The position numbers and the translations under genes were made by a program. Source: an uncultured delta proteobacterium (GTDB taxonomy: Bacteria; Desulfobacterota; Desulfuromonadia; Desulfuromonadales; BM103). From it: a stretch of 43,591 bases of DNA. Every line of letters starts with the position of its first letter. Positions within the stretch are counted from its first letter, which is position 1. The DNA lies in contig CAVQRZ010000010.1 in assembly GCA_963715335.1 (NCBI GenBank), positions 1-43,591 on the forward strand, in the 5' to 3' direction. The notes beneath the pieces were generated by a model, which saw only the letters and a program-made list of their open reading frames with translations, had not been told where the DNA came from and did not search any database. Positions 10,332-19,820 of the stretch are shown piece after piece.

Positions 10332-11471
10332 TTATTGGGAAGAAGTAAGCCGAAGCAGTCGACCGCCCTTTTTATCCTCAAGGACCCATATTGCCCCTTT
10401 CGGCCCTTGCTCAACCTCTCTAATCCGATTTCCCATGTCGAAACGCTCGACCTCCGCGGCCTGTTTACCTGAAATCCTTATCCGTACGAGTGCTTCTGAC
10501 CTGAGCCCGCCGATAAAGGCATTATTCTGCCACTCCGGAAACATGGAGTCGTCGTATATTATCAAACCCGACGGGGCAATAGTCGGGACCCAGTAGACCT
10601 CAGGGGTATGAAATTCCGGGCGCGTATCATGATCGGGAATGGGGATGCCGGAGTAATGATCACCCCAGGAGACAATGGGCCAACCGTAATTTTCTCCGCC
10701 AACGATAAGGTTGAATTCATCTCCGTGCCTTGGACCCATTTCGTGAGACCACAAATAGCCCTGTCGGTCGAAGGCAATGCCAAGCAGATTGCGATGCCCC
10801 AGGGACCAGAAAGTTTTTGCCAGTTCCCCCTTGTCCTGAAATGGGTTGTCAGGGGGAACAGATCCATCCGCGTTTATCCTGATAATCTTGCCCAGGTTCT
10901 GCGTCCAGCTTTGGGCCGGCTCCTGCTTTTGCCGATCCCCGGAGGTGATGAAGAGTTTACCGTCAGGGCCGAATACCAATCGGTGCGAGTAATGCCCACT
11001 ACCTGAGACTTTTGGAGTCTGATGCCAGAGGATTTGAAGATTCTCCAGTTTTGGGTTGGCAGACTCGTGGTTGAATTTAGCCCGGGCAACAACGGCCCCC
11101 TTTTCCCCTGTCGCATTCTCCTCGGCGTACGACAAATATACCCAGTGGTTCTCACTGTATTGGGGATGAAGGATAATATCGCCCAGACCGCCCTGCCCGC
11201 CGTAGGCGACCTCAGGCACACCTGAAACAGGGACCCTGGAGCGGTCATCCAACTTGACCAGAAGCAGAGTTCCGGGTTTTTCGGTGATCAGCAGGTTCCC
11301 ATCAGGCAAAAAGGTCATGGCCCAGGGTTCATTGAAACTCCCAAAACTTTCTACGAATAGTTTTGAACCTGCATTTCCGTAAAGCATATTACCAGCTGAC
11401 TCGCCGCAGGCACTGGAGGAAAGCAAGACAAATAAAAGGGATAGGCAATATATTAAACGTCGTGACGGCAT
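10332..11471 (-). CDS. PQQ-dependent soluble sugar dehydrogenase (YliI/sGDH family), probable lipoprotein
   Basis: [56 protein letters not shown] lipobox-like; start could also be 11483. Confidence 0.9.
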   Translation of the reverse strand: MPSRRLIYCLSLLFVLLSSSACGESAGNMLYGNAGSKLFVESFGSFNEPWAMTFLPDGNLLITEKPGTLLLVKLDDRSRVPVSGVPEVAYGGQGGLGDIILHPQYSENHWVYLSYAEENATGEKGAVVARAKFNHESANPKLENLQILWHQTPKVSGSGHYSHRLVFGPDGKLFITSGDRQKQEPAQSWTQNLGKIIRINADGSVPPDNPFQDKGELAKTFWSLGHRNLLGIAFDRQGYLWSHEMGPRHGDEFNLIVGGENYGWPIVSWGDHYSGIPIPDHDTRPEFHTPEVYWVPTIAPSGLIIYDDSMFPEWQNNAFIGGLRSEALVRIRISGKQAAEVERFDMGNRIREVEQGPKGAIWVLEDKKGGRLLRLTSSQ

Positions 11472-11632
11472 AATTCTCTCCATTAAACCACCATTATTTT
11501 CGTAGACTCTCAAGCCGTAATTTTCAAAGCTACAAGGATAATCTGCACAATCATGCCTTACCTCTCCCACATTTTAACTGTAAGGAAGGCATCAGTCGAG
11601 TACAGCCATTCTCAAAGTTCCTGATAAAAAGG

Positions 11633-11663
11633 AAAAGGCCACCCGTTTCCAGGTGGCCATTTT
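11633..11663. terminator. Rho-independent terminator downstream of the CPBP gene
   Basis: AAAAGGCCACC-loop-GGTGGCCATTTT. Confidence 0.65.
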
Positions 11664-11711
11664 CGTTTTGATTAAAGTGCCTCTCAAATATCTCCATCCA
11701 TAACGCGCCAG

Positions 11712-12545
11712 TTATTGTCTCATTTGAAGCATGATCTCAGTGACACCACATTCCCTTCTAAACATGGCTTTTCGATTGAGCCAAACAATAAAAAAAGCAG
11801 CGGCCACAAAAAAAAGCGTGTCGTAAGGTTGTGCATCAGGCCACATTGGATTGATGAGCTGGAAATGCAGCAGTGCTGGGAGCAGGATACTGCCACGCGA
11901 GGTATTGAATAATTGTGTCGCAATCACGCTGACGGCAACCGAGCCAATAAAAAAGGGAGTGAACGACCATGCGCTTTGCGGTGTCCCGCTCAACATGAAT
12001 GCTGGAAGGTGCCACAAGCCCCAGATAACTCCAAGAATCAGTCCAGCCCAGAGTGGCGCGAACTTACGCTGTAGTAGAGGCAGGGCCAGGCCACGCCAGC
12101 CAAACTCTTCGACCGGGCCTTTGATGGCCATAAGTAGCAACGCAACAACAAGTGTCTGAAACGAAGGGGATGGGAATGGTTCGTCGAAAAGGTTTCCCTT
12201 TAACAGCGCTCCACCGAAGAAAAGCAGTGGAATACCAATAATCAAAAAAGCATACCAAACCGGAGGGCAGCGCCATATTAATGCCCTTGACAGGTAACGC
12301 CGCAAACCTCCAGTACCACCGTAGTAGATGACAATGATGAACGCAGCGATTGCTGGTGAGTACACAGCTAAAAAGAAGAGTGGATGTTGTCCGGTCAATT
12401 CACCAACTAGCGAGGTCATCTGGTTCGGGAGAAAAATGAACAACGCTATGATACCCCAAGCCAGGCCAAAAGTAATAAGCAGGAATGGCACAAGAGAGTT
12501 GCTAGGAACCTGAGTGCTGTTGCAGCTAGATGAATCTGTAACCAC
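11712..12545 (-). CDS. CPBP/CAAX (Abi) family intramembrane metalloprotease
   Basis: EEFGWRG, IWGLWHLP and LLH motifs; multiple TM segments. Confidence 0.9.
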   Translation of the reverse strand: MVTDSSSCNSTQVPSNSLVPFLLITFGLAWGIIALFIFLPNQMTSLVGELTGQHPLFFLAVYSPAIAAFIIVIYYGGTGGLRRYLSRALIWRCPPVWYAFLIIGIPLLFFGGALLKGNLFDEPFPSPSFQTLVVALLLMAIKGPVEEFGWRGLALPLLQRKFAPLWAGLILGVIWGLWHLPAFMLSGTPQSAWSFTPFFIGSVAVSVIATQLFNTSRGSILLPALLHFQLINPMWPDAQPYDTLFFVAAAFFIVWLNRKAMFRRECGVTEIMLQMRQ

Positions 12546-12822
12546 GATAGCTTCCTTTATTTTCAGTCGCCGCTGGTTTTGTAGACATCTTTACCCAACA
12601 TAAAAAGCCGTACGTGTAAGCCCCGTTGATTGTCTGAACACTACACAAATCAGACATTGAAGATGATACCCAGGCATAGATCGAAGTCAAAAGATTAGAG
12701 AGTCTCTTATTTATATTCCTACAGTATTCAGGAGTAGTCAGATTGACAAAAATGCGAAATTCTTACAGCCCTTAATATTTAAGCAAACTTGAGAGTGTTG
12801 TTCGAGTCCAGGATGATCTCCC

Positions 12823-13917
12823 CTACCAGAGCGGGTAAAAGAAACTCAGGGTCATGGAGCCGAAGTTGTGCGCACCATCCTGTCCGGCAAATTCACTGGT
12901 CCGGGTGACGTGGGAGTAGGTCAACATCAGGTTGCCATGGCTGAGCGTCACGCCTGCGGCCAGATCGGCCACCCAGGCTTTTTTATCAACGCTGTGGCTG
13001 TCGGTAAACGTGTTGCCATCCAGAAAGATATCGCGCATCACATATCTGCCATCAACCGCGCCAAACAGGTAAAGGCTCGGTTTTTTCAGCGGTTTGAAGA
13101 GCGTGCTGCCGGCCAGACGAATCAGCGAAACCCCGAAGCTGCGCGGCAGGTTCAGCCCGTACCGGACTTCCAGGCCGGCATTGAAATAAGTGGCGACATT
13201 GCCGACGGCGGCGCCGGTATGGACGATCGCATCTGCGGTGAGCACGTTTGGCGATTGCGGATAAAAGAGCCACTTGCGCTCAAAAGCCACGACCAGGCCC
13301 GGCTCGTTTTTCAGCTGGTTGTCCCACCCGTTGGCCTTGTCGATCCCGCGCAGGTCATGGACCAGGTCCTGGGTTTGTTTCGCGTACGCCTGCGGCCCGA
13401 CGATCCCCAACTGAACTTCCACACTATCGAGAAAGTCGAGGTGATCGACAAATTGCGTCTTGCGATGATAGGCAAGACCGACATAACTCCATCCGGCATA
13501 AGGCCGGTCATCGCCGACAAGGTCCGAACGACTGGTGTCTGACGGGGTGTACATATTCTGGCCAAAAGAAAACTCGGCCTGGTGGCTGTATTCAGGGCCG
13601 GAATCGCGGAGGTACGGCAGCTGGTGGATCAGCTCCAGGACTTTACGCGGAACCAGCCCCTGTTCGGCGTGCGGCGACAGGTCGGGTGAAATCAGCGAGT
13701 ACTTGACGCCGTTGGTATAATTGCTGTCGGTCCCGCTGAACAAGTCGTTTTCGAAGAAGAACGATTGCGTCCAGGGATTGCCCTGGGCCTCTTCCGCCAG
13801 CACGGTGCCGGGGAGGGCCAGGGCGGCCGCCAGGATCATGGCCAGCCACAGGGTTTGCCGGCGAGGCCCTGGCGCTGGCTGTTTACGGGAGCCATTGGGC
13901 ATATTACGATTTTTCAT
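12823..13917 (-). CDS. LpxR family lipid A 3'-O-deacylase-like outer-membrane protein
   Basis: FENDLF..DSNYTNG, GQNMYTP, DRPYAGW, GWDNQL, IFLDGNTF; signal peptide. Confidence 0.85.
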   Translation of the reverse strand: MKNRNMPNGSRKQPAPGPRRQTLWLAMILAAALALPGTVLAEEAQGNPWTQSFFFENDLFSGTDSNYTNGVKYSLISPDLSPHAEQGLVPRKVLELIHQLPYLRDSGPEYSHQAEFSFGQNMYTPSDTSRSDLVGDDRPYAGWSYVGLAYHRKTQFVDHLDFLDSVEVQLGIVGPQAYAKQTQDLVHDLRGIDKANGWDNQLKNEPGLVVAFERKWLFYPQSPNVLTADAIVHTGAAVGNVATYFNAGLEVRYGLNLPRSFGVSLIRLAGSTLFKPLKKPSLYLFGAVDGRYVMRDIFLDGNTFTDSHSVDKKAWVADLAAGVTLSHGNLMLTYSHVTRTSEFAGQDGAHNFGSMTLSFFYPLW

Positions 13918-13939
13918 ATCTCTCTCTGGTATTTAATAA

Positions 13940-13977
13940 CAGAATCCAGAATCCAGAATCCAGAATCCAGAAGCCAG
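13940..13977. repeat. Heptamer tandem repeat (CAGAATC)x4 plus CAGAAGC
   Basis: Read directly in the short intergenic gap upstream of the LpxR-like gene. Confidence 0.9.
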
Positions 13978-13980
13978 CGT

Positions 13981-14244
13981 TCACCGGGTTCTGAACTGAT
14001 AGCGGTCATGTTCCTCGCGGGCAAGATCGGCTTTCACTTCGGCAACACTGCGCTTATAGATGATCTCCCGCCCCATGATGCTGCCGGCATAGGCGAGGCT
14101 GTTGCGCGTCGGCGTCAGTTTGCATTTGACGTTGTGCACCCCTTCGCCGAGGACGATCCAGATCGCCTCGGCCGTTTTGTCGGCAACCACCACCTCCAGG
14201 ATCTTATCGTCTTCTACCTGCACCTTGATCTTCGCTTCGACCAT
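13981..14244 (-). CDS. Hypothetical protein (87 aa)
   Basis: AAGGAG RBS, ATG start, protein-like composition. Confidence 0.7.
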   Translation of the reverse strand: MVEAKIKVQVEDDKILEVVVADKTAEAIWIVLGEGVHNVKCKLTPTRNSLAYAGSIMGREIIYKRSVAEVKADLAREEHDRYQFRTR

Positions 14245-14298
14245 TACGGTTCAAATCTCCTTCAAATCATTCTTAGGGGTTGAATGTATAAATCAAGG

Positions 14299-14335
14299 AA
14301 GGGGTCCCCCGCAGTGGAGTGTCCCTGTGCCCAAA
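14299..14335. repeat. Degenerate family A repeat
   Basis: AAGGGGTC..GGAGTGTCCCTGTGCCCAAA resembles GGAGTGTCCCCTATGCCCAAA at 39713-39733. Confidence 0.5.
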
Positions 14336-14345
14336 AACCTGCTGT

Positions 14346-15467
14346 TCAGTCACACCCCGACAAGAGAGAGTTAATCTCTGCATCAATCTCCTGTCTGGCG
14401 GCAAGCTGGTCAAACAACTCGACAACACTCTGTCCTGAAGCCAGTCCGAGCAGAACCCCCATGACGGCACCGCGATGCACGTTGTCGCCGCCGAGGTTGG
14501 TGTTGGCGATTAAAGCCTGCTTCGGCCGGTCGAGGTACTTGTAGGCCAGGTAGAGCAACGACGGCCATGATTCGCTGATGTAACAGGCGCTGGAAAAGCG
14601 TCTGCCGACAACATCGTGGTCACTGCGGGCATTGGCCACAAGACTGTCCAGGTTCAAGCCGAGCGACGCCTTCGCAGACGCGAGTAACAACGGGCCAGGC
14701 GGCTGCCCGGCGTCACGCAACAGCAAGGCATCGAGCAGTGCGACGTAGTCGCGGCAGACCCTGGCCAGGCTGTCGTCCGGATGGGTTAGAAACAGGTGCT
14801 CTTTACAGATGGTCTGCACCTCGGCCAGCGGCGTGCCCTTCAGGCGTGCGGCAATCACGATCGGTGCTATGGTGACCAGGCCGCCAACCGAGGCGGTGTC
14901 GTGGGTTGCCGCGCCGCAGCGATCTTTCGGCTGGCCGTTGATCAGGTTGGCGAAGAAGCCCCTGTGGTACGATTCGGCATAGGTGTCCGGATGCCTGGGT
15001 CGGTCGGCGGTCATGAAGTCGATGTAGGCGTCGAGAAACTGAGCCTTATGGTAAGTCCCTGCCGATGCGGTCAGGGTCCGCATCAGCAGCCGGGCACAAT
15101 GCGCGTTGAGCGTATTCTCGCCGGCCTTCATGCGGTGATGGTAGTGCCGGTTCGGCTGCCCCCAGAACTGCGCCTTGCCTTTTAGGATGACCTCGCCCAC
15201 CACCTGGCGCTGTCGCTCGCTCACCGCCCCCGCTTTACGGCCGCCATGGCTGACCGAATGCAGCGCCATGATCGACGAGGGGTGGCACTCAGGCGCGTCT
15301 GCCATGGCCCTGATCCCCCCCGGGAAAGCCTTTTCGATATCCGGCAGATTGTAGTACCAGTGCACCGGCATAGCCAGGGCGTCGGCAACAAACAGCATGC
15401 GCAAGGCGGCGGCAGCCCTGCGCCGGGGGAGCAATGAATCGGTTTGAATCACGTCATGCTTCGGCAA
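14346..15467 (-). CDS. ADP-ribosylglycohydrolase (DraG-like) family protein
   Basis: ADALAMPVHWYY, GENTLN, DTYAESYHRGFF, LTH, NTNLGGDNVHRGAVMG; start uncertain (TTG). Confidence 0.8.
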   Translation of the reverse strand: MPKHDVIQTDSLLPRRRAAAALRMLFVADALAMPVHWYYNLPDIEKAFPGGIRAMADAPECHPSSIMALHSVSHGGRKAGAVSERQRQVVGEVILKGKAQFWGQPNRHYHHRMKAGENTLNAHCARLLMRTLTASAGTYHKAQFLDAYIDFMTADRPRHPDTYAESYHRGFFANLINGQPKDRCGAATHDTASVGGLVTIAPIVIAARLKGTPLAEVQTICKEHLFLTHPDDSLARVCRDYVALLDALLLRDAGQPPGPLLLASAKASLGLNLDSLVANARSDHDVVGRRFSSACYISESWPSLLYLAYKYLDRPKQALIANTNLGGDNVHRGAVMGVLLGLASGQSVVELFDQLAARQEIDAEINSLLSGCD

Positions 15468-15487
15468 GGATGGCTTTCTCCAAGGCG

Positions 15488-15955
15488 CTAGGGAGAGGCT
15501 TGGGCAGCGAGGAGTGTCGCGCGCAGCTCTTCGATGCGCTGCCGGTTGACGCCGAAATCATAATACCCGGTTCGCGCCGCCGAGCGCACGGCAATCAATC
15601 CTTGCGCGGCCCGCAGCTGGAACTCCAGGTCATCGACAAAACCAAACAGCCTGCTGCGACACTCGACGTGCAGATAGCCGGGTTTTTCGCTGACGACGAT
15701 TGTGCGCGGCAGCTTGGTGACCTGCTCTTGCAAGAGTTGCCAGGCCTCTGCAGCGGGAGCTGAAAAGGTCAGTGGCGCGATCTGGTGCCGTTCGTCACGA
15801 GCATCACTGGAAACGCAGTTGGGCGAGTCCGGGCAGGGGCTCAGTCCGGGCCCGGACGGCACCGGGTTGGTCGACGGCTCCGCCGCGCAGGACACCGAAA
15901 AAAGTGTGCAGAAAAGGATGATGGAGACCAGACAGCTGTGTTGAGGAGTTGGCAT
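15488..15955 (-). CDS. DUF1499 domain exported protein
   Basis: CPDSPNCVSS, FGFVDDLEF, VRSAARTGYYDFGVNRQRIE. Confidence 0.88.
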   Translation of the reverse strand: MPTPQHSCLVSIILFCTLFSVSCAAEPSTNPVPSGPGLSPCPDSPNCVSSDARDERHQIAPLTFSAPAAEAWQLLQEQVTKLPRTIVVSEKPGYLHVECRSRLFGFVDDLEFQLRAAQGLIAVRSAARTGYYDFGVNRQRIEELRATLLAAQASP

Positions 15956-16010
15956 AGGATCCGTTATCCAGCAGTTAAGAGCGGCTTGCAGCGCTCAGGG
16001 TAAATCTTTA

Positions 16011-16637
16011 TCATGGTGCCGCAACTTCGATCAAAACCTCATTGCGACGCAGGAACCAGAGACTGAATGGTGCGTTGTAGCGGGCGAAGATCGGCGCCCC
16101 CAGGGTTTTCAACCCGGCGGCCTGAACCGCCGCGAGCAAGTCCTGTTCGTTGCTGCGATAGCGCTCTTCATCCCAGGTTCCGGAATAGCGCCGGGCCGCC
16201 ACCAGCCTGGCGGCAACGCTCCTGATCCGGACCTCTGCGTTCTCAGGTCTTGGCAGATCGTCCAGAGTGTACCCTGCGGGCATCACAAAGGCAAAGCGAT
16301 AGAGGTTATCAACCCCTGGCGAAGCGTCGTTGACGGCAGACTGTTCGGTCGCCACCGGCACAGGCTGCTGCATGACCGGCGTGGTCATGGCGATCTTGCC
16401 CTGCGGCCGATTCCCTTCGCTGATGTAATTGAACAGCCGGCGAAACGCCTGTCCGCCGACATCGGCAAAATCGCCCGACACAGAGGTCTCGGCGACCAGG
16501 TAGGCATCGTATTGCCGTAATTCGAACTCCCGGTAGGTCTTGACGACTGTGTAGACGGGTTCTTCGTAAGCCAAGGCAAATCCTCCGGGCAAGCTCAACA
16601 ACAGTCCGAACAACAGGGCTTTCGTCATCATTCGCAT
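16011..16637 (-). CDS. SOUL heme-binding family protein
   Basis: EEPVYTV, FELRQY, AFRRLFNYI, IAMTTPV, ARYNAPF..RRNEV; signal peptide; exact start 16628-16637. Confidence 0.88.
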   Translation of the reverse strand: MRMMTKALLFGLLLSLPGGFALAYEEPVYTVVKTYREFELRQYDAYLVAETSVSGDFADVGGQAFRRLFNYISEGNRPQGKIAMTTPVMQQPVPVATEQSAVNDASPGVDNLYRFAFVMPAGYTLDDLPRPENAEVRIRSVAARLVAARRYSGTWDEERYRSNEQDLLAAVQAAGLKTLGAPIFARYNAPFSLWFLRRNEVLIEVAAP

Positions 16638-16762
16638 CACAAACCTCGATGATCCCGGAATCGGCCATGCTGCGGGCACGGTGCTTCACAGTCATCGCCT
16701 GCTTGACGATGGTTCCGGGATAGAATTTCAGATGTCTTCACTTCCAACGTGCCTGCAGCGCT

Positions 16763-17395
16763 TCAGTCTGTTTCGATCGTACCGACGACCGCAAGTTCGC
16801 CGGTTTCGGCGCGACGCACGATCACCAGTTCGCCGGAGCCCGGATAGACCCCGGTGAGGGCGGTGATATTGACTTGGTGCGTCACCAGCACGATCGGCTC
16901 GTTCAGGGACTGCTTGTCGAGCCACTCGCGAAGCCCGCTGGTTTGCGGTTCCCGCCGGGCATAATCATCGAAGAAGGAGTTAAGGAACGGCCGTTCCTCG
17001 ACAGGGCCGAGCCCCAGCAAGCGGGCCGTCTCCAGGCACCGGCACCACTGGCTTGAGAAGACCCGCGCGGTCTGAATGCCGTGAGCACGAAACAGCTCGC
17101 CGATCCTGGCCGCCTGATCGCGCCCCTGCGCCGAAAGGGTTCTTTGCGTCTGGCAATCACCCAGCCTGAAACCCGGTGGGTCGCCTGTGCCGGGAGCGAT
17201 GGCATGACGCAACAAGGCAAGATGGCCGCCTGCACGCAGAGCGTTCCAGAGCGCGACATCACGATCTGACGAATGCGCCGTGGAACCGCATAAAACAGCG
17301 GCAAGAACTGCGATCAGCAAGCCGATCGTAACGGGTCGTGAACAGGCGAGCCGTTGCCGCAACGCGCTCGATATGAAGGTAACCTGAGAGGTCAT
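16763..17395 (-). CDS. Histidine phosphatase superfamily protein
   Basis: LLRHA, QRTLSAQGRDQA, SSQWCRCLETA, LVTHQVNI; GGAG RBS before MTSQ. Confidence 0.85.
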   Translation of the reverse strand: MTSQVTFISSALRQRLACSRPVTIGLLIAVLAAVLCGSTAHSSDRDVALWNALRAGGHLALLRHAIAPGTGDPPGFRLGDCQTQRTLSAQGRDQAARIGELFRAHGIQTARVFSSQWCRCLETARLLGLGPVEERPFLNSFFDDYARREPQTSGLREWLDKQSLNEPIVLVTHQVNITALTGVYPGSGELVIVRRAETGELAVVGTIETD

Positions 17396-17638
17396 GCTCA
17401 ACTCCGTTGATGAAATGATGGCCGGGGTCCAACCCAAAGAGTCCCGACAAACAGCAGATCCCATGAGATCGAGGGCAGACATGTCTCCCCGGCTGGCGCA
17501 GGGTGCAGATAATTTTTCTGCCAGGCGCGGTTTGGCCTCATCAGGGTAGTGTCGATTCATATCCCCTTGCAGGTATGGCATGGTTCGCTCGCTCCAAATT
17601 AAGAGAGCTGAAAGGGATCTGTCTTCAAGGCTAACCAG

Positions 17639-18262
17639 TCATGGCGCCAAACGCTCGATCAGCCAGCTGCCCGTATCGTCGCGCCGGTAACGCAGCCGGT
17701 CGTGCAGCCGGTCTTGACCTTCCTGCCAGAACTCGACGCTTTCGGGGATCAGCCGGTAGCCGCCCCAGTGCGCGGGCCGCGGCACCTCCTGGCCGGCGAA
17801 CTTCCCGGCCGCCGCTGCGAACTGCTGCTCGAGAAAGGCCCGGTCCCTGATCGCCTGGCTCTGCGCCGAAGCATGGGCTTCGAGTTGATGCCCCCTGGGA
17901 CGACTGGCAAAATAGCGGTCCGATTCATCGGCTGCGACCTTTTCCACGAGCCCCTCGATCCGGACCTGGCGTGACAGGGGGAGCCAGTAGAACACCAGCG
18001 CGGCAAACGGGTTGTCCATTAACTCCTGGGCTTTGCGCCCTTCGTAGCTGGTGTAAAAGACCAGGCCGCGCGCATCGACGTCCTTGAGCAAGACGATGCG
18101 CGCCGAGGGTTTCCCCTGCCGGCTCGCCGTGGCCAGGGTCATCGCATTGGGCAGGGGCAAATCCGCTTGTTCCGCTTCTGCGAACCAGCGGGCAAACTGC
18201 CGGATCGGGTCCGGGTCCATGCGCCCGGCAAGCAGCGGGGCACTGGGTTGGTCTGGCAGCAT
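17639..18262 (-). CDS. pdxH: Pyridoxamine 5'-phosphate oxidase
   Basis: NAMTLAT, PSARIVLLK, RQVRIEG, YFASRP, WGGYRL, EFWQ..RLHDR, WLIERLAP. Confidence 0.95.
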   Translation of the reverse strand: MLPDQPSAPLLAGRMDPDPIRQFARWFAEAEQADLPLPNAMTLATASRQGKPSARIVLLKDVDARGLVFYTSYEGRKAQELMDNPFAALVFYWLPLSRQVRIEGLVEKVAADESDRYFASRPRGHQLEAHASAQSQAIRDRAFLEQQFAAAAGKFAGQEVPRPAHWGGYRLIPESVEFWQEGQDRLHDRLRYRRDDTGSWLIERLAP

Positions 18263-18358
18263 ATCGGTAGTCTCTTTTCCGGGGGCGTCTGAGTCTTGAG
18301 TTACGCTCCGACATTCTAGCACAGATCATGCAGTTTAAATTTTGTCATCAGGGCGAGC

Positions 18359-18388
18359 AAAAGGGACACCTGGTTTGAATGTCCCGGC
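18359..18388. repeat. Degenerate family A repeat
   Basis: AAAAGGGACACCTGGTTTGAATGTCCCGGC between divergent pdxH and MFS genes. Confidence 0.65.
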
Positions 18389-18479
18389 GGCCGACTCCTC
18401 TTCGCCGCCCCCCGGCCTGACCGGCGAGCTCTTTTCATATATAATGAAAGCTCTTGTTGTCCGAACCCGAGGAGACGGC

Positions 18480-19820
18480 ATGGCGATTCCCCCCTCATCC
18501 GGCGACGCCCCGGTCGCCGGCTGGTTGCAGCGGCTGGTCAAGGTGGAGCCGCAGGAACTCCCGGCGCTGCTCTGGGCGTTCAGTTACTTCTTTGCCCTGC
18601 TCTGCGCCTATTATATCGTCCGGCCGATGCGCGACGAGATGGGCATCGCCGGCGGGGTCGAGCATCTGCAGTGGCTCTTTACCGGGACCTTCCTGGTCAT
18701 GCTGGCCGCAGTCCCCCTGTTCGGCTGGGTCACCTCGCGCTTCTCCCGCCGGCAATTCCTCCCCCTGGTCTACGGCTTCTTCATCGCCACCCTGCTGATC
18801 TTCTTCGTCCTGTTTCGCTCCGGCCTGACCCAGGTCTGGGTGGCGCGGGCGTTTTTTATCTGGGCCAGTGTTTTCAACCTGTTTATCGTCTCGGTGTTCT
18901 GGAGTTTCATGGCCGACCTGTTCGACGATGTCCAGGCCAAGCGCCTGTTCGGCTTTATCGCAGCCGGCGGCACCGCCGGCGCGCTGGCCGGCCCCGCCCT
19001 GACCGCAAGCCTGGCGATCCCCCTTGGGCCGACCAACCTGCTGCTGATCTCCGCCGCCGCCCTGGGATGGGCGATCCTCTGCATCCGGCGGCTCAGCGCC
19101 TGGCGGAACAGCCCGGACCCAGAACAATCGGTGAGCGTCAACGGCAGCGCGGCAGATCCGGGCAGCGACCAGAACGCCGGTCTCGGCGGCGGCGCGCTGG
19201 CCGGCCTGCGGCTGATCGTCCGTTCACCTTACCTGCTGGGGATCTGCCTGCTGATCCTCTTCTACACGACCCTGTCGACCTTCCTCTATTTTCAGCAGGC
19301 GCAGATCATCCGCGACAGCTTTGCCGACCCGGCGCAGCGCACCGCACTCTTCGCCGCGATCGATTTTGCCAGCAACGCCCTGACCCTCGTCATCCAGCTT
19401 TTCCTGACCGGGCGCATCGTCCAGTCCCTGGGCCTGGGCTGGACCCTGGCACTGATCCCGCTGCTGCTTGGTGCCGGTTTCCTGATCCTCGGCATGGCAC
19501 CGATTCTGGCCGTGCTGGTCACGCTGCAGGTGGTGCGGCGCGCCGGCAATTACGCGATCATGAAGCCCGGCCGGGAAATGCTCTTCGTGGTGCTCGACCG
19601 GCAGGAGAAATACAAGGCGAAAAACATCATCGACACGGTCATCTATCGCAGCGGTGACGTGGTGAGCGCCTGGGCCTATACCGGGCTGCAGGCGCTCGGC
19701 CTGGGGTTGGCGGCGATTGCCTTCCTCGCCGTTCCGCTGACCGGGCTGTGGGCCTGGATCTGCTTCCGCCTGGGCCGGAAGCAGGAGGCCCTGGCCAAAC
19801 AACTGGAGGTACAGCTATGA
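18480..19820 (+). CDS. MFS transporter of the NTP/ADP-ATP translocase-like group
   Basis: YYIVRPMRDEMG, FNLFIVSVFWSFMADLF, AKRLFGFIAAGG, KPGREMLF..EKYKAKNIIDTVIYRSGD; GGAG RBS. Confidence 0.85.
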   Translation: MAIPPSSGDAPVAGWLQRLVKVEPQELPALLWAFSYFFALLCAYYIVRPMRDEMGIAGGVEHLQWLFTGTFLVMLAAVPLFGWVTSRFSRRQFLPLVYGFFIATLLIFFVLFRSGLTQVWVARAFFIWASVFNLFIVSVFWSFMADLFDDVQAKRLFGFIAAGGTAGALAGPALTASLAIPLGPTNLLLISAAALGWAILCIRRLSAWRNSPDPEQSVSVNGSAADPGSDQNAGLGGGALAGLRLIVRSPYLLGICLLILFYTTLSTFLYFQQAQIIRDSFADPAQRTALFAAIDFASNALTLVIQLFLTGRIVQSLGLGWTLALIPLLLGAGFLILGMAPILAVLVTLQVVRRAGNYAIMKPGREMLFVVLDRQEKYKAKNIIDTVIYRSGDVVSAWAYTGLQALGLGLAAIAFLAVPLTGLWAWICFRLGRKQEALAKQLEVQL

